Positions 1-12,859 of a stretch of 64,000 nucleotides of DNA are shown here, one piece after another. The stretch comes from Callorhinchus milii (lineage: Eukaryota): assembly GCF_018977255.1 (NCBI RefSeq), contig NW_024704814.1:62001-126000 (forward strand), written 5' to 3'. The notes under the pieces are model-generated. The model worked only from the letters and a program-made list of their open reading frames with translations, had not been told where the DNA came from and made no database searches. Position 1 is the first letter of the stretch; each line of letters opens with the position of its first letter. The translations under genes were made by a program, and so were the position numbers.

Positions 1-1062
1 GGGAGTAATTGAGTCAGTTTGTGGGAAGAAGGGAGCAATGCGGAGAAACTAGTGCATTTAAACGTGAAGTTAAAAAAAAATTGTGAAGAATACTTTTCCA
101 GGACTTTACTGGGTGAGCGGGGTTTGCGATTGAATCGGATAGTTCTTTTCAAAAAGCCAGAGCCGACACAATAGGGCGTATGGCATCCTTCTGTGCTTTA
201 TAATTGTTTGATTATATAAAGAAACGTAAGGATGGGGCGGAGGCGTGCTGTGATCGCAATGACTGGACACTAGGGGTCAGTGAGTGTCCATTGGTTAGTG
301 AGTCCAAGCTCTCACTCGATCATTCTCTTTGACTGCATTTGATGTGAGTATTTCACGTCTCCGAGACGTCTCAAAGCGCTTCACAGAATAAACTGTAAAG
401 TCAATTGAATGTATAATTGTGTGCGAAACGCTACAGCCATTTGCACTCAGCAATGTCCAACAAACAGTCGTGGGCGCCCAAGGGAGTGACAAGTTGAGAT
501 TTACTGCCTGGAGCGTTGGTAGAATCAGACTGTCAAGATACATTCAATAGGAAGCCAGACGTTCAAAGGAGGGAGAATGGAATAGATGGTGCTGGAGGAA
601 GGGAGCGTGTGGGAGCGAGTATGTGGGAGAGATGTAGGAACAGATGGTGTGGAATGGTGGGCGGAAAGAGTGAAAGAGAGAAAAATAGATAGTGTCGGAG
701 GAAGGGAGGAATTGCGGGTGGGGGAACAAATGGTAGTGAGAGATGTGGGAATGGGGTACAGAAGTTGTGGGAAGAAGAGAAAAATTTAGCGTGTGAGAGG
801 GAGTGAGTGAAGAATAGATGTTTGGGTGGAAGGCTGCTGGAGGGAGTGAGGGAGGGAGTTATGAATAAGGAGTGTGGGGAGGAAGAATAGTGAGTGAGGG
901 GAGAATGCATGGATGAATAGAGGGTGTGGATGAAGGGAGGAAAGGGGGGAGACCCGTATCACAGAGGGAGGTTTGAGCGCAGGCGTGCAGTGATCGCTCT
1001 GATCGGCCACAAGTGGGCTGTGAGTAACCATTGCTTCTGAGGTTCCAGACACTCGCTCTTAC

Positions 1063-1339
1063 CTGACACAGAGATCCTCACTCGCTCGCTCTCTGGTAAT
1101 GTAACCTCTTCTCCGTCTATGTGCTCAGTATATTTACACCAGTAGTTTCCTGCCCTGATTTCCGATGTGGTGAAGGTTGCCGTGTTGTTATTCTGTGGCG
1201 CTGGTTGTGTCGTGATAAACTCGCTGTCTCTGTATAAAGAGAATTTACTGCCAGGATAATTGCCAGATCTCGGGGCTTTCCCCTCTTAAAAATGCCCGGG
1301 AATCTGGTTTCAGGGAAATGTTGGGTTTCTGGAGCGAAT
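1063..1339 (-). pseudogene. Ig-like domain exon (left-arm copy) with an 8-bp frameshifting deletion
   Basis: AG/GT-bounded, 277 bp versus 285 bp in paralogous exons. It lacks TCGTGCTC (includes the first Cys codon) present in the right-arm copy; reads DSLQKPNISLKPDSRAFLRGE...GNYWCKY. Confidence 0.88.
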
Positions 1340-1374
1340 CTGGGGGAGCAAATGTGCTGCAGTTAAAGCCGTGG

Positions 1375-1570
1375 TCAGTGTGAGCAGAGGTCAGTGAGAA
1401 CAGGGGTCATTGAGAGCTCGTGGTAATTGTGAGCTCGGGATCAATGTGGGTGAATGTGACCTCAGTGTCAGTGTGATCTCGGGGGTCATTTTGAGCTCAG
1501 ACTCAGTGTGAGCTCGTTGTCAGGGTGAGTTCTCGGTCGCTGTTAGCTCGGGGACATTGCGAGCTCGGGC
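1375..1570. repeat. Degenerate ~20-bp tandem repeat (TGTGAGCTCGGGGTCAG-like); mirrored at ~57705-57925
   Basis: Repeated GTGAGCTC/GAGCTCG units visible in the intron next to the Ig exon. Confidence 0.7.
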
Positions 1571-2478
1571 TGCCTGTTCAGGTACAGATCACAAATATCC
1601 TGAAAATATTCAAAACCAGAAGTGAATTTCTTCTGGAGACTTGGCCGACAATCAACAAAATAAAATTAATCATGTACTTCTCGACTGTTTGCGGGAACTT
1701 TGCTGTGCTCAAATTAGTATAGTTACTATTGATCGGGGTTTGACAGCTCGGGATATTTTATCTATCCTTTTCTCGGAAAGAACACCATTGTTGTTCCTTC
1801 AAACCCAGTTTTTTGTGGCTTTTACGAAGAAAGCTTTTTCCCAAATGAAGGCTTTGTTTGAGCATTTTCCACAATTCAAACGTTGTTGCAAATGGAAATG
1901 AAATGTGTGACGGGCTGAGATCGGGAGCAAATTCAGGCCTCTGTCTCCGCTGATTCATTTATTCCCTGGGAATGTGTCTGGAGATCAATCAGACCACAAT
2001 CCTTGCGGCGCACATTGACCAGCATTAATTAGTCCTTCCATCAATATTATATGTGGTTATGAGCTCTGAAGGTGCTTCAAAGAGAGAGAGTGGAAAACGT
2101 AAACGTCCCTCACTTCATTGGCTATTTGTGGGAATTTGCTGTGTGGAAATTGACAGCCGTGTTCACCTAAAAAACACCAAATCACTATACTGGACAGCAA
2201 AACAATCGAAAGCACTTGGAGACGTCTAGATGACGAGATGAGGCTACAACTGCTCTTTCCCTGTGTTCAACCGCCTTCTATTATCGCCCCCATGCTTTCT
2301 TCCCATGCTCACCTCTCCCCGCTTGCGCACACCACCGCAAAGAATCACCGCGACCCCGCTGCTGAGCCATTATGCTCAAATCTCTGCTGCCCCCTGCTCA
2401 CACCCGCATGTGCAAGCCCCATCCTTTGCTGAGCCCGAATACTCCACCCGCCCGAGAAAGCGCAGGTGAATTATTTAC

Positions 2479-2789
2479 CTGAGCAGATGACGCCGGCATT
2501 ATTGGAATTTGGGATCCATTGACGGTGAAGCCAACGCTTTGAGTTACAACCCCTCAGAGCAGACTCGCTCCCTCTGCATTGAACACCATAGGTCACAATG
2601 GGACCTGAGCCTTCGCCAAAGTGAGATTCCCCTGGTGCTGACAGCGCAGCTCCACAGCCCAACTCCTTACACACCACAGCCGCGTCCTTCATATCCCAGC
2701 CACGGCCACCCACTGTGCCCCACTTTCCATCGTGGTTAACCTCCACTGTCCCGGCACACGGGGGCCAACATTCACCAGCCTCACACCCT
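2479..2789 (-). pseudogene. SRCR (scavenger receptor cysteine-rich, group B type) exon, left-arm copy, 1-bp frameshift
   Basis: PCAGTVEVNHDGKWGTV..WDMKDAAVVCKELGCG..HFGEGSGPI..VQCRGSESAL..AGVICS followed by GT donor. It is 311 bp versus 312 bp on the right arm (GGCCCCCG vs GGCTCCCCG). Confidence 0.9.
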
Positions 2790-3149
2790 CCGGAAACCAC
2801 AACACACAATGTTAAGAGTCAGTTTCCTGGTTGTCTTGCAGTCACTCAGGAAAGCATAATAAAATGTATATGCACAGAGCGCATGTTACATGGGGAGGAT
2901 GTATTTAGGTAAAGAAAACAACAATATTAATCATTATAGTTGTTGCATTGACAGCTGGTTACATAAAGTCCACAACCCGGGTGTCACAATAAGAGGAACA
3001 GTTCGTTGCACAATTATCTGTACCCGATGCAGCAACGTTTGCAAAGAAACGATAGTGTTATATTAAATTGATATTATTTAAGTTTCCGCACTCCACTTGC
3101 ATCTGCTTACGTAGCATTCAGTAGAAGCACAGTAGTGAATAGGAGGATC

Positions 3150-3350
3150 TCTTTTCCGGGGATAATAATCGCTTAAGAAAATAATAATTTGATCACTCAA
3201 TCCATGACTTTTTGTGGAACACCACTGTATGCTAATGGCTGCGGAGCTTCGCCCACAAAATATACAGACGATTGATATGGCAGTATATTCTGTGAAGCAT
3301 TTCGCGACCCGATAAGTTGTTATTTCAAATGCAAGGATCATCATTATTAT
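3150..3350 (+). mobile_element. SINE, 5'-truncated (mirror ~55920-56120)
   Basis: Family body (ATGGCTGCGGAGCTTCGCCCACAAAATATACAG) and tail TCAAATGCAAGGATCATCATTATT. Confidence 0.75.
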
Positions 3351-3814
3351 TGTTATAATTTATATTAAACTGCTATTTTATTGTATTATTATGCGTTATA
3401 TTATACATTATATTATTATGCGTTGTATAAGGTTAATGTTTTTTTTTATATATCGATAGGAGATTCCCTCAAAACATAGCCATAGTTTACTAGTTTGTTA
3501 CAAAATATATTAGTGCACATGTATCACTGAATATACATGTATGATTTGTTCTGTAACTTTGCTATTTGGCTAAGTTGTTGCAGGATACTATGCACAACTC
3601 ATATTTTGGGGCCTCACTAAATATTATTTTTGAATATAACTTATCAACTATAGGAGATCCTCGGGAGCGTGCACTGGCATATGCAAGATCTTCCCGATCA
3701 TGTATAAATCGTGTCTCTACACAATTATTTATTCCGTTAATTGCAGACACAGATACACATGAATTGTTGGTTTGTTAGCGTATTTATATATATATATATA
3801 TATTTATATTACAA

Positions 3815-4050
3815 CAAGCGAGAGATCTGGGTTCGATTCCCGGCAGGAAAACGTTGGGGAAGTTTCCTATTCCATCTGCCTGATAATAATCCCTCAAAAA
3901 AAAATGGCCATTTCAATCCAAGACCCTTTGTGGACACTGCTGTGAGCAGATTGCTGCCGCATTTCGCTCATAACTACACTGTCATTTTAGTTTACAGTCT
4001 CTTCTGTGAAGCGCTTTGAGACATCTAGAAGAGCTGAAAAACGCTGTACA
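3815..4050 (+). mobile_element. tRNA-headed SINE, partial (mirror ~55220-55455)
   Basis: B-box-like GGTTCGATTCC, family body, and tail TGTGAAGCGCTTTGAGAC. Confidence 0.8.
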
Positions 4051-4905
4051 CCATGCTCACCCCAAACTCCCTAAAATCGGAAACGCCTTCGGTGATCGTC
4101 ACACTCCCAGCCCTCCTCAGATTTAACAATATTATAACTCCCTGCGCTTACACTCCTATGCCCTCCCCTGTGCTTAGCCCCATGTGCTCGTGTTCATGAG
4201 ATCATCTCCCACTTTTCTAATTTCCGTCTGTTCAGCGCCAACTTGTGTAAACCACGTTGCTTTCCCATGTGTCCGCACATGTGACCACGCCACCCATTCC
4301 CCCCATACCTCCCCCAATCCCTGTGTTCAGACTCCTGTGCTCATTCCGTCTGGTGACCCCACACTTGGCTCAATTCTTACCCCCCCCCCATTGCACTCAC
4401 CACCTGTGTTGACCTCTATTATGCCACCCGCTGTTCTCTATTCTTACCACCACACTGTGCTCCACCATTGTGCTTCTTACACACAACGCTAACTCCCCTT
4501 TCTCACACCCTGTGCTGAACCCATTATGATAAAGCCTCTGGACTCAAACAGCTTTTGTTCAAACCCACCGCAACCCCACCCCTTCTGCTCAGAACCTGCG
4601 CATCCCCATATGTTCCACACATTGTGCTCAACCCCTGTGCTTATCTTACTGCGGTCACTTCCCATTTTCTCACACTCTGGCTTCCTCTAATGTGAAATAT
4701 ACTTGAACCCTCCTCCCATTGTGCTCACCCCAAGTGCTCATGCAACACTGTGCTCACAAACCCTTGTACTCACAATACCTTTTGCTAACACCCCTGTTTT
4801 CAACGTCCCTTTGCTCACCATTCCCCTATTGCAGTATTCATCCATGTGATCACCCCACTGTGCTTACTCCATCTCCCTGTCCTCAATGCTTTTCCTCACC
4901 CTAAC
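4040..4905. repeat. Degenerate CTGTGCTCAC-type low-complexity repeat (mirror ~54365-55215)
   Basis: Recurrent TGTGCTC/CCCTGTG motifs, C-rich strand bias. Confidence 0.6.
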
Positions 4906-5284
4906 GAGAAGAGTGATTCCAGACCCACTAGCGTGATCACAGTCCACCGCACCTACCCACGCCCACTTAACCGCAACCCTACACCCATTCAAACTCCCCG
5001 GCTTCAATAAAAATAAACTAACCTCTGAGTTTATCAAACTGTGATTTACCGAAACTTGAGAACTATAAAATGGTCAGATAATGAATTATTTACCTGGAAT
5101 GTATTGATTATTTAATGGATTATTATTATTATTATTACAATAATTTATATTAGATTACAATATTTTGTATTTTATCATTGTACATTATATTATATAATTT
5201 ATTCTTCTACTTTATATACGATAGGTGATTCCACCTAAAATATGACCATCGTTTACTACTTCGTTACTGAATATATCAGTGCAG

Positions 5285-5335
5285 ATCTTTCAGAGCATAC
5301 TCGCTCCCTCTGCACTGAATACCATACGTCTGAAT
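5285..5335 (-). pseudogene. Relic fragment of a second SRCR exon (mirror ~53943-53990)
   Basis: TATGGTATTCAGTGCAGAGGGAGCGAGTATGCTCTG (YGIQCRGSEYAL) matches the intact exon's YGVQCRGSESAL. An SRCR-type donor CAG|GTAAATAATTCA also survives at ~5090/54171. Confidence 0.7.
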
Positions 5336-5464
5336 GAAGCATGGTCGAATAGGAAGGTCTTCAACCTCTAACTGAAATGGAGAAGGAAGTGGCAAGGCGT
5401 AGGGTTAGAGCAAGGGTGACAATGTTCCCACAGCAACTTTTGGTTGTCAGATTGTGTCACTAAC

Positions 5465-5500
5465 CTGTCGATTCTACAGTCTTTCTCTCCAGAAATAACA
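5465..5500 (-). CDS. 36-bp phase-1 mini-exon, probable second signal-peptide exon (left-arm copy)
   Basis: Polypyrimidine-TACAG acceptor and AG|GTTAGT donor; encodes xLFLERKTVEST; identical to 53773-53808. Confidence 0.6.
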
Positions 5501-5859
5501 CTGTACAAGGAAAAGAAAGAACAAAGCAGGAATTATTTATACAATAATTCACGCAATCAGAGGGCTGATCTCCCGTCACAGAATCTTTCCTTAACTCCAG
5601 GCAGCCACTCAAGTTCGCCGCCAAAAAGATCAATATAGGGGGAGCGAACACCAGCACAAATACAACAGAGAAACAGAGGACAGGGATTGGGATTATTGCA
5701 GCGAGCTCCAGCGGGGGAGCGAGCACCATCACAGACATCGTTGGGCGAGCGCACAATAGGACTGAACAAAGGTAACTTTCACAGACAAGCACACCGTTGG
5801 GATGAACGGCATTTTCTGCGCAAGAAAAAACACAAATTACTGGAGATGCTGTATATCAG

Positions 5860-6010
5860 ACAACAAAAACAAAACTCGCTGGGAACATTCAGCAGTTGAG
5901 GCAGCAGATCAAACGAAGGGTCGTGGAAACGAAATGTTGACTCTCTTTCCTTTCTCCTTAGATGTTGCCTGACATGCTGAGTGTTCCCAGCGACTTCTGA
6001 TTTTTATTTT
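5860..6010. mobile_element. Short hairpin/MITE-like repeat, possibly Penelope-derived (mirror ~53262-53412)
   Basis: TCGCTGGGAACA (5876-5887) pairs with TGTTCCCAGCGA (5982-5993), and the stem extends imperfectly inward. Confidence 0.6.
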
Positions 6011-6479
6011 TCTGAGCAAGGGCCGTTTGTGTTTCTTTTCTCTTTCGAGGTTTGGGGAAGAAACGATTTGCTGACCACTCATAACCTGAGAAATTTATGT
6101 TTAACAGACAGCGCAGATTGTTTCTCCCTTTCTGTATGAAGTGTACCTACTGCTTTTGTTTTTCCTGGTAGCTCCTGTCCCGTTATCCAACAATAACAAC
6201 TTGCATGTTGACATCTTGCATTTATACAGCAATACATATACGTTATTGAGGGAAAGGATGGAAATGACTTTCTCTCCTCACTGTCCCCTTTCTCCTTCCT
6301 CTGCGTTTTCACTCGCCCCTCCCGCCTCTCCTATACCAACAAAAAATTAAGGAACCTGGAGGACAAAGGCAACTAAGGTGATCGACCGCACGGTCAAAGG
6401 GAAGAGTGTTCAGATTTATCTTGTATGAAGCAAGGAAAGGATTACGTAGGGGGACTGCAGAACGTAATCCTAGTGGCTG

Positions 6480-6975
6480 GTTAGAGAGTGGCTAAATGCT
6501 CGCCCGTCAATGGTCGAGCTTTGAGGTGGGAGAAATGAATGAGACTGGAGTCCGCTGAGCTGAGGGAGCGGGCAGATTGGAAAGGCGGTAGGAGTTCGCA
6601 CATGTAGGCGTGATTGAGGACATTGAGGGCTTTCAAGGTGAGTAACAGGATCTTGAACTGCATACAGGGATGGGGATAATAGGGTCACTGAGCCTGGTGG
6701 AGGAGATGACACTAGCTGCAGGTTTCTTGGTGATCCGCAGCCGACAGAGGGAGTTGTTGGGCAGGCGGACAAGCAGTGGGTTTGCGTACAGAAGCCTGGA
6801 TCTTACAAAAGCATGTTATAAAAGAATGTATGAGGGTTCCAGCAGCCTGCGGTGTGAGAAACTGACGGACCCGGTTAATGTTGCGGAAATGGGGGAAGGC
6901 AGAGCGGGTTATGGCACGGGTTTGGGATACAAAGGATAGTTGAGAATCAAAAAAGACGCCTCTCACTCTTATCTC
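6480..6975 (-). mobile_element. L2/CR1-superfamily LINE ORF2 3' fragment (mirror ~52300-52790, +)
   Basis: Decayed translation GVFFDSQLSF..ITRSAFPHFRNINRVRQFLT..TLIHSFIT and QFKILLLTLKAL..GRAFS, typical L2 C-terminal motifs. Confidence 0.85.
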
Positions 6976-7014
6976 CATTCCAACTCTCTTGCTGGCACGA
7001 CTCTCCGAAAGCGT

Positions 7015-7305
7015 TATAATCATAAACAATAATTCTTGAATTTGATATAGCGTTTTTCACGCGTTCTGGACATGTCTAACGTGAATTCACCGTATATTTG
7101 TGGGCGAAGTGCTGTTGGCAATTGCACAAAGCAGTGTCCTACAAACAGTCGGTGCTTGAAAATGAGCAATACATTATTGTTTTGTTTAGGAGAGATTATT
7201 ATGAGGCGTATAGTGTAGAATTTGCCCAAGGGATCGCCCTGCCTGGAAAAGGACCAAGGTGTCTCGCTTGCAAGGCGATTGCTCTAACCACAGAGCTGCA
7301 GAACC
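7015..7305 (-). mobile_element. tRNA-headed SINE (mirror ~51965-52255, +)
   Basis: Head TGCAGCTCTGTGGTTAGAGCAATCGCCTTGCAAG, family body and tail. Confidence 0.85.
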
Positions 7306-8221
7306 CCACTTTAAGGTACATTCCCACAAATATGCTTGGATTGAAATGATACTCACCGAAAGTAAGAAACAATGATTCCATTTCGAGGATGAGAAGAAGC
7401 TCGAGTCAAGTACAGAACCTGGAGGCTTGTGTTGGTGTCCGACGGGGAAGGATCTCTGCAGACTTAAATTAAACGGAGTAATTCTCAGGAGACGTTTTTG
7501 ACAGTGTCACCCTACTCTGTGATCACAAAACATCCGCTTCTCTGTCACACTGACATGGAAACTGTTGCGACACACAATGAGGAACAGTCTGACACACACA
7601 CACCCATACTGAGCTGTGATAGACACGCACAGAAACATATACACTCAGAGAGCAACCCGAACTTTGACGTATAGATGTATATTTAACGATGTTTAGAGAT
7701 GAAATCAGAGACTCAGACTCACGACATGTGATGTCCTTTACAGGAATTGTTGCAACACTTGCACACAAACCGTCAGTGTGAAGCTGATTCTCAGAAACTG
7801 CAGAATGCTATTTTAGTGCGTGAGTAACGCTCCGATTGAGAGCTGTGAACTGAGCTGGAAACCCAGTCCTGAGTATTTTGTAGAATGAAGAATTGGGTTC
7901 TTCCTGGTGTCCCATTGGAAACTTCTCCATTGCTGTGTGCACAATTCTGCGTGTTTGTGTTCCTCTGCAAATACATAGTCACAGCATGTTATATTGATTC
8001 CCGTGAAAAAACTATGGAAGGATTGCACGCAGAAATGAATCCTGGAGTCAAATGTAACAGTACATAGGTAGAAGAAACCACACATTTACGCTCTCAGTTT
8101 GGACTCTTTGTCGGATTACCTACTTCCACTTTTAAGTTGTTCACATTTTATCTTTTGTTGCGACATCCTTCTATCCTTCCCCGCAGTATTTCAGGGCATC
8201 GATTGCTGATTAATGCCCTGC

Positions 8222-8620
8222 GTAGATCAGCGTAGATTTATTGGGTTATTACCAGGGATGAAGGGGATGAGTTATGAGGATAGGATGACCAATTTGGGCC
8301 TTTATTCTCTAGAATATAGAAGAATTAGAAGGGATCGTATAGAATCTAATAAGATGATCAAAGGGCATGATAGAGTAGATAGGGGGAGATTTTTGTATGG
8401 AACTCACTACCCCAAAAGGCTGTTGACGCTCAGTTCTTGAACATATTCAAGACTGAGATGGATAGATTTCTTACTGCAAAAGTGATTTAAGGTTTATGCG
8501 GATAAGGCAGGGTCAGGTTATTAGCTGGAGTTAGATTAGAAGATCAGCCATGATTGAATGGCGGGGTAGGCTCGAAGGCCCTAATGGCCTTGCCCTGCTT
8601 CTACATGTTACGGTATGTCT
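8222..8620 (+). mobile_element. CR1-type LINE 3' end (mirror ~50555-51050, which is ~105 bp longer)
   Basis: MKGMSYEDRM..LGLYSLEYRR.RGD..KMIKG.DRVD..FF, and in the mirror TRGHFLK..RKNFF..VNVWNSLP..FKTEMDRFL; 3'UTR GATCAGCCATGATTGAATGGCGG..CTCGAAGG. Confidence 0.9.
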
Positions 8621-11600
8621 CCATCCATCTGATACTCTCAAAATATCTGTCACACACACATTGTTTCTCTCAGATTCTCAGTCTCCCTTCATCTGTGAAT
8701 CTCAAAGCTTCTGTAACACACAAACTGTGACTCTCGCACGCTCTCTGTCTCTCTCTCTCACAAACTCAAGCAGACTCTCCATCTACATCTCTCAAACTCT
8801 CACTCACACTCCCCATATTGTTCCTTCATACTACTAGTCTATCTTACAGACTTTCTCTCTCTATATATATATATACATATACAGATCAGATCAGTTTAAG
8901 GCGTATGCAAGGGTCAATATTGGATATTTTGTAAACGGCAAAAGCTGATGTGTAGCTGATCCACTGTCATGGTGTTAGCTTTGCAGTTTTGCCGGATATG
9001 AAGCACAAATCGCACAGCACCTCCCAGCAAAAAGTTCTCAAACATTTAACTGAAGAAGGAAAAAGCAAATAAACGGAACAACATAATTTCTTTAACGGTG
9101 TTTTGAATCAGTATTTCTCTGGACAGTAAACTAATCTGAAATCTCAAATCTGCCCTCCTGGCTGGTCTCACAGCTGCACAATTCACAATATTCGCTAAAT
9201 TGAGAGCTCTCAGCCCTGCTCTATTGACGGGTTTTTAGACCATTACAATTAGATAAGGCAGGCAGCCTTCACTCTGCAACACCTCGGTTGACCGTTTAGG
9301 GAGCCAATATTTCTGTTTTCCAAGGTGCAAATTTTATACAATATAAAACACAAATTACATAAGCATAGCGGCTTTCACTGCAGGAGTTCAGCTATTTGTG
9401 CAAATTAATGTAATTCATGTGAAATCTTATGGTCACATTGCTCACACTCTGTCTCTCTCACACACACTCTGTATCTCATAAACTCTCTCACACTCTGAAA
9501 CACTGTGCATCTCACATTCTCGGTGCCCCTATCTCCACCTGTGTCTCGCACACTCCCAGTCTTCCTCTATCTGTTTCGTTCAAACTCACTGTCACATACA
9601 CACTGTGTCATTCACAATTTCTTTCTCTAGCTCTCTCTCACTCGCAAACTCTTTAATTCGCTGTACCGTCTCTCTTCTGCCTATGTGTCTTTGGCACAAT
9701 CAGTCTCTCTCACAAATTGTGTGTTTCACAATCTTAGTCTCTCTCACTTTCTCTCTCCCTCCGACTGTCTATTTTAGGATCTAAGATGAGACGATAAATT
9801 CAGGTTCAGTTTGTGCTTTCTCGAAGACAAATATTAAAGGTACGGAGACGCCATTGGGAAAAGAGAAGTGTGTTTTTCCAAATGTTAGATTCCAGACCAG
9901 TCCAACTTAATCTGTAAGAAAGTGTTAATATTGGACATAGTGTCAAATGGCAAAGGCTGATGTGTAGCTGAAACACTTTCATGGTATTGGCTTAGCACCG
10001 TTACCGGATATAAAGCACAAACCACACAACACCTCCCTGCAAAAAGCGACTCAAATATTTAATTGTAAATGGAAAAAATCAACTGAAGAGAAAAGCAGAA
10101 TTTCTTTACCTGAGTTTGACTCTAAATTTCTCTGGGCCGTAAACACGCTTGGAATTTCAATAATGCTTTTCAATCATAATAATATTACTTGCATTTTATA
10201 TAGCGCTTCTTCAAGTCTTCGAGACGTGAAGAGGCATATTCAATATTTCAGACAAAATGTTATTCAGAATCAAAGCGCATTTCAGTCAGAGAACTAGAAG
10301 GTAGCACTTCAAATGCAAAATTTTAATCAGTAGAATACGCAAATCTAGTCATCAACTCTTTGCTTTCTACTCCACATCCATTGCCTCAGCAGGAAATTTT
10401 TTTTTCCACTTCCACCACATTTCTCGCCACAATCCATACCTCATATCCACAGCAGCCAAAACACTCATGCATGCCTTCGTAAATTCCCGGCTGGATTAAA
10501 TTCTGCTCTCTCGTCTCTGCAGCTCCAACATACACAAAATGCAATTAAAACAAAATTCGCTGCACGCTTTTGATCAGTTTTAATACGGAGAAAATCTACG
10601 ACTCAGACAGAGAAAATGAGAGATTTGGTCTGTGGCTCTGAGAAAAAACCTTCAAGTATATAGCGTGAAGCGAAAAGAGTTGCTCCAACTTTTCTTTGCT
10701 CACACTCTCAGTCTCTCCCACACACAAAGACTGTGACTCTCGCATTCTCTCGCACACTCTGAAAAACTGTGTCGCTCAAACTCTCAGTCCGTCTATCTCC
10801 GTATGTGTCTCTGAAATTCCCAGTCTCCCTCCATATGTTTCTCTCAAAGTCTGTATCACACACACACCTTGTCTCTCACACTCTCAGTCTCTCTCCAACT
10901 GTGTCTCTCAAGTTCTCTGTCAAACACAATGTGTCCCCCTGTCACTCGTCCAATCTCACTCTCCCTCTGTATCTCTCACACTACCACTCTCAATCTCCCC
11001 CTAAGCTTCTCTCACACTGTAAGCCTCTCGCAAACATAGTCGCTCTCGCTCTCACTCAAACTTACCGTCTGCTTATCATAGGCTTTGAAATGAGAGGTTC
11101 AACTGACCTTTATTCGTTTTGTGTTGAAGACAATTGTTAAGATCCCGAGACGTTTTCGGGAAGTGAGAAGGGAGTTTCTCCAATTGTTATATTCCAGAGC
11201 AACTCAATTTAAGTTGTACGAAAGGGTTAATATTGAACATGCTTTCAAATGGCAAAAGCTGATGCTTAGCTGAACCACTTTCATGGTGTTAGCTTAGAAG
11301 CTTCTCTCACACTCTGCCTCTCTCTCTCACACTATGAAAGCTCTCGCTCTCCTTTTGTGTCTCTGAAGCTCTCTCTCTCTCTTTCACTCTCTCTCTGAAT
11401 CTCTCACACTATCTTTGTCTCTTACGCCCGTTGCCTCTCACATTCTTAGTCTCTCTTTCCCTCTCTTTCTCGCTGTCGATCTAAGACGCAGTGATAAACT
11501 CAGCCCTAGTTTGTGCCGTGCTCAGGACAGACATTAAACATCCTGTGATGCTATTTGGGAAAAAGAAGGGATTTTCTCCTGGCATTAGAGTCCAGATCAG

Positions 11601-11850
11601 CTCAATATTGTAAATAGTATTAAACGGTAATGAGTGATATGTAGCTAAACTTTGTGATAGTGTCACCTCAACAGCATTACCGGATATAAAGCACAAACCA
11701 CACAACACCTCATGCGAAAAGGCTCAAACATTTAACTTTAAAAGTGAGAAAAACAGCTCAACTCAACAGCAGAATAAATGTAAAGGAGCGTTGTTTTTAC
11801 ATTTCTCTTGACAGAAACCCGCTTTAAGCTTCCAATTTGCTTTTTAACAA
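8620..11850. repeat. Degenerate macro-tandem array: four ~250-400-bp units separated by (CT/CA)-rich tracts (mirror ~47450-50550)
   Basis: GGCAAA(A/G)GCTGATG..TAGCTGA at ~8937, 9949 and 11251; GCACAAA.C.CAC..CACCTC at ~9003, 10014 and 11691. Confidence 0.75.
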
Positions 11851-12399
11851 TAATAGTTAAATTTGCTTTGGAAGTTCTGCCTTATCATGTCTTTTAGAAG
11901 TCTCAATGTGCTTCGCGTATTATACTGTAAAGTTAATTGACAGCATACTCTCATGGGCGCTAAATCAAATGCAAGGATTATTATTAATATTTCAAGATCA
12001 AATCGTATTGACACAGGAATTCACTGGGTGTTCAGAGTTTTTTTGACACTGTTTTATTTAGCAGATGATATAATTATTTGGTTCGTATTTATTATGGTTG
12101 TATGTAGTCCATTGTGATGTATGTACTATGCAATATCATGTTCCTCAATTGTAAAGTACTGTGGAAGTCACCCAAAGTGGAGTCCGCTATATAAACGCAA
12201 CTGGTTTTAGTTGTTTATGGAAATTAATAATAAAAATAATACAACAATAAAAATAGGAAGGAGAATATGAACTGATACAGCGCCTCCGCTCCAAACTGGG
12301 CACCGTATCAGTGCGTAATAATGGCGGTTACTAACTCCGAGCCGGGGGAATAATAACAATATTAAACACAATGTTAGTTGCTGTGTGTCACGTAAGTCA

Positions 12400-12843
12400 C
12401 TTGTTACCAGTGAGAGAGTGGACGTGTCTCTCTTTCCTGTCAATCACTGGTTACCAGTGAGGCAGTGGGCGTGTATTCCTTTCCTGTCAATAACTGGTTA
12501 CCAGTGAGAGAGTGGGCGTTTCCCTCTTTTCTGTCCATCAAAAGTTACCAGGGAGACAGTGGGCTATCACTCTTTCCTGTCAATCAACACTTACCAGGGA
12601 GATAGTGGGCGTGACTCACTTTCCTGTCAATCAACAGTTAGCAGAGAGATTGTGGGCGTGTCTCTCTTTCCTGTCAATCAACAGTTAGCAGAGATTCTGT
12701 GGGCGTGTCTCTCTTTCCTGTCAATCACCAGTTACCAGGGAAACAGTGGGCGTGTCTCACTTTTCTGTCAATCAACAGTTACCAGAGAGACTGTGGACGT
12801 GTCACTCTTTCCTGTCAATCACCAGTTACCAGGGAGACAGTGT
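12400..12843. repeat. 47-bp minisatellite, ~9.5 units; ~5 units inverted at 46632-46860
   Basis: GTGGGCGTGTCTCTCTTTCCTGTCAATCA..GTTACCAG units starting 12605, 12652, 12699, 12746 (period 47). Confidence 0.92.
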
Positions 12844-12859
12844 CATACACTGTCAAGCC

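Larger units (their letters stand above)
1..12626. repeat. Left arm of a large inverted segmental duplication (partner ~46632-59575)
   Basis: Reverse complement of 12601-12626 matches 46632 onward, and 1-50 matches ~59523-59575. Paired ORFs on opposite strands are identical or nearly so (11481..11708/47591..47818; 9429..9656/49639..49866; 5460..5792/53481..53813). Confidence 0.97.

Noticed and set aside
12400-12843. Regularly spaced repeats as a possible CRISPR array (also 24524-24803)
   Set aside because: Head-to-tail tandem units without unique spacers, no cas genes, vertebrate context.
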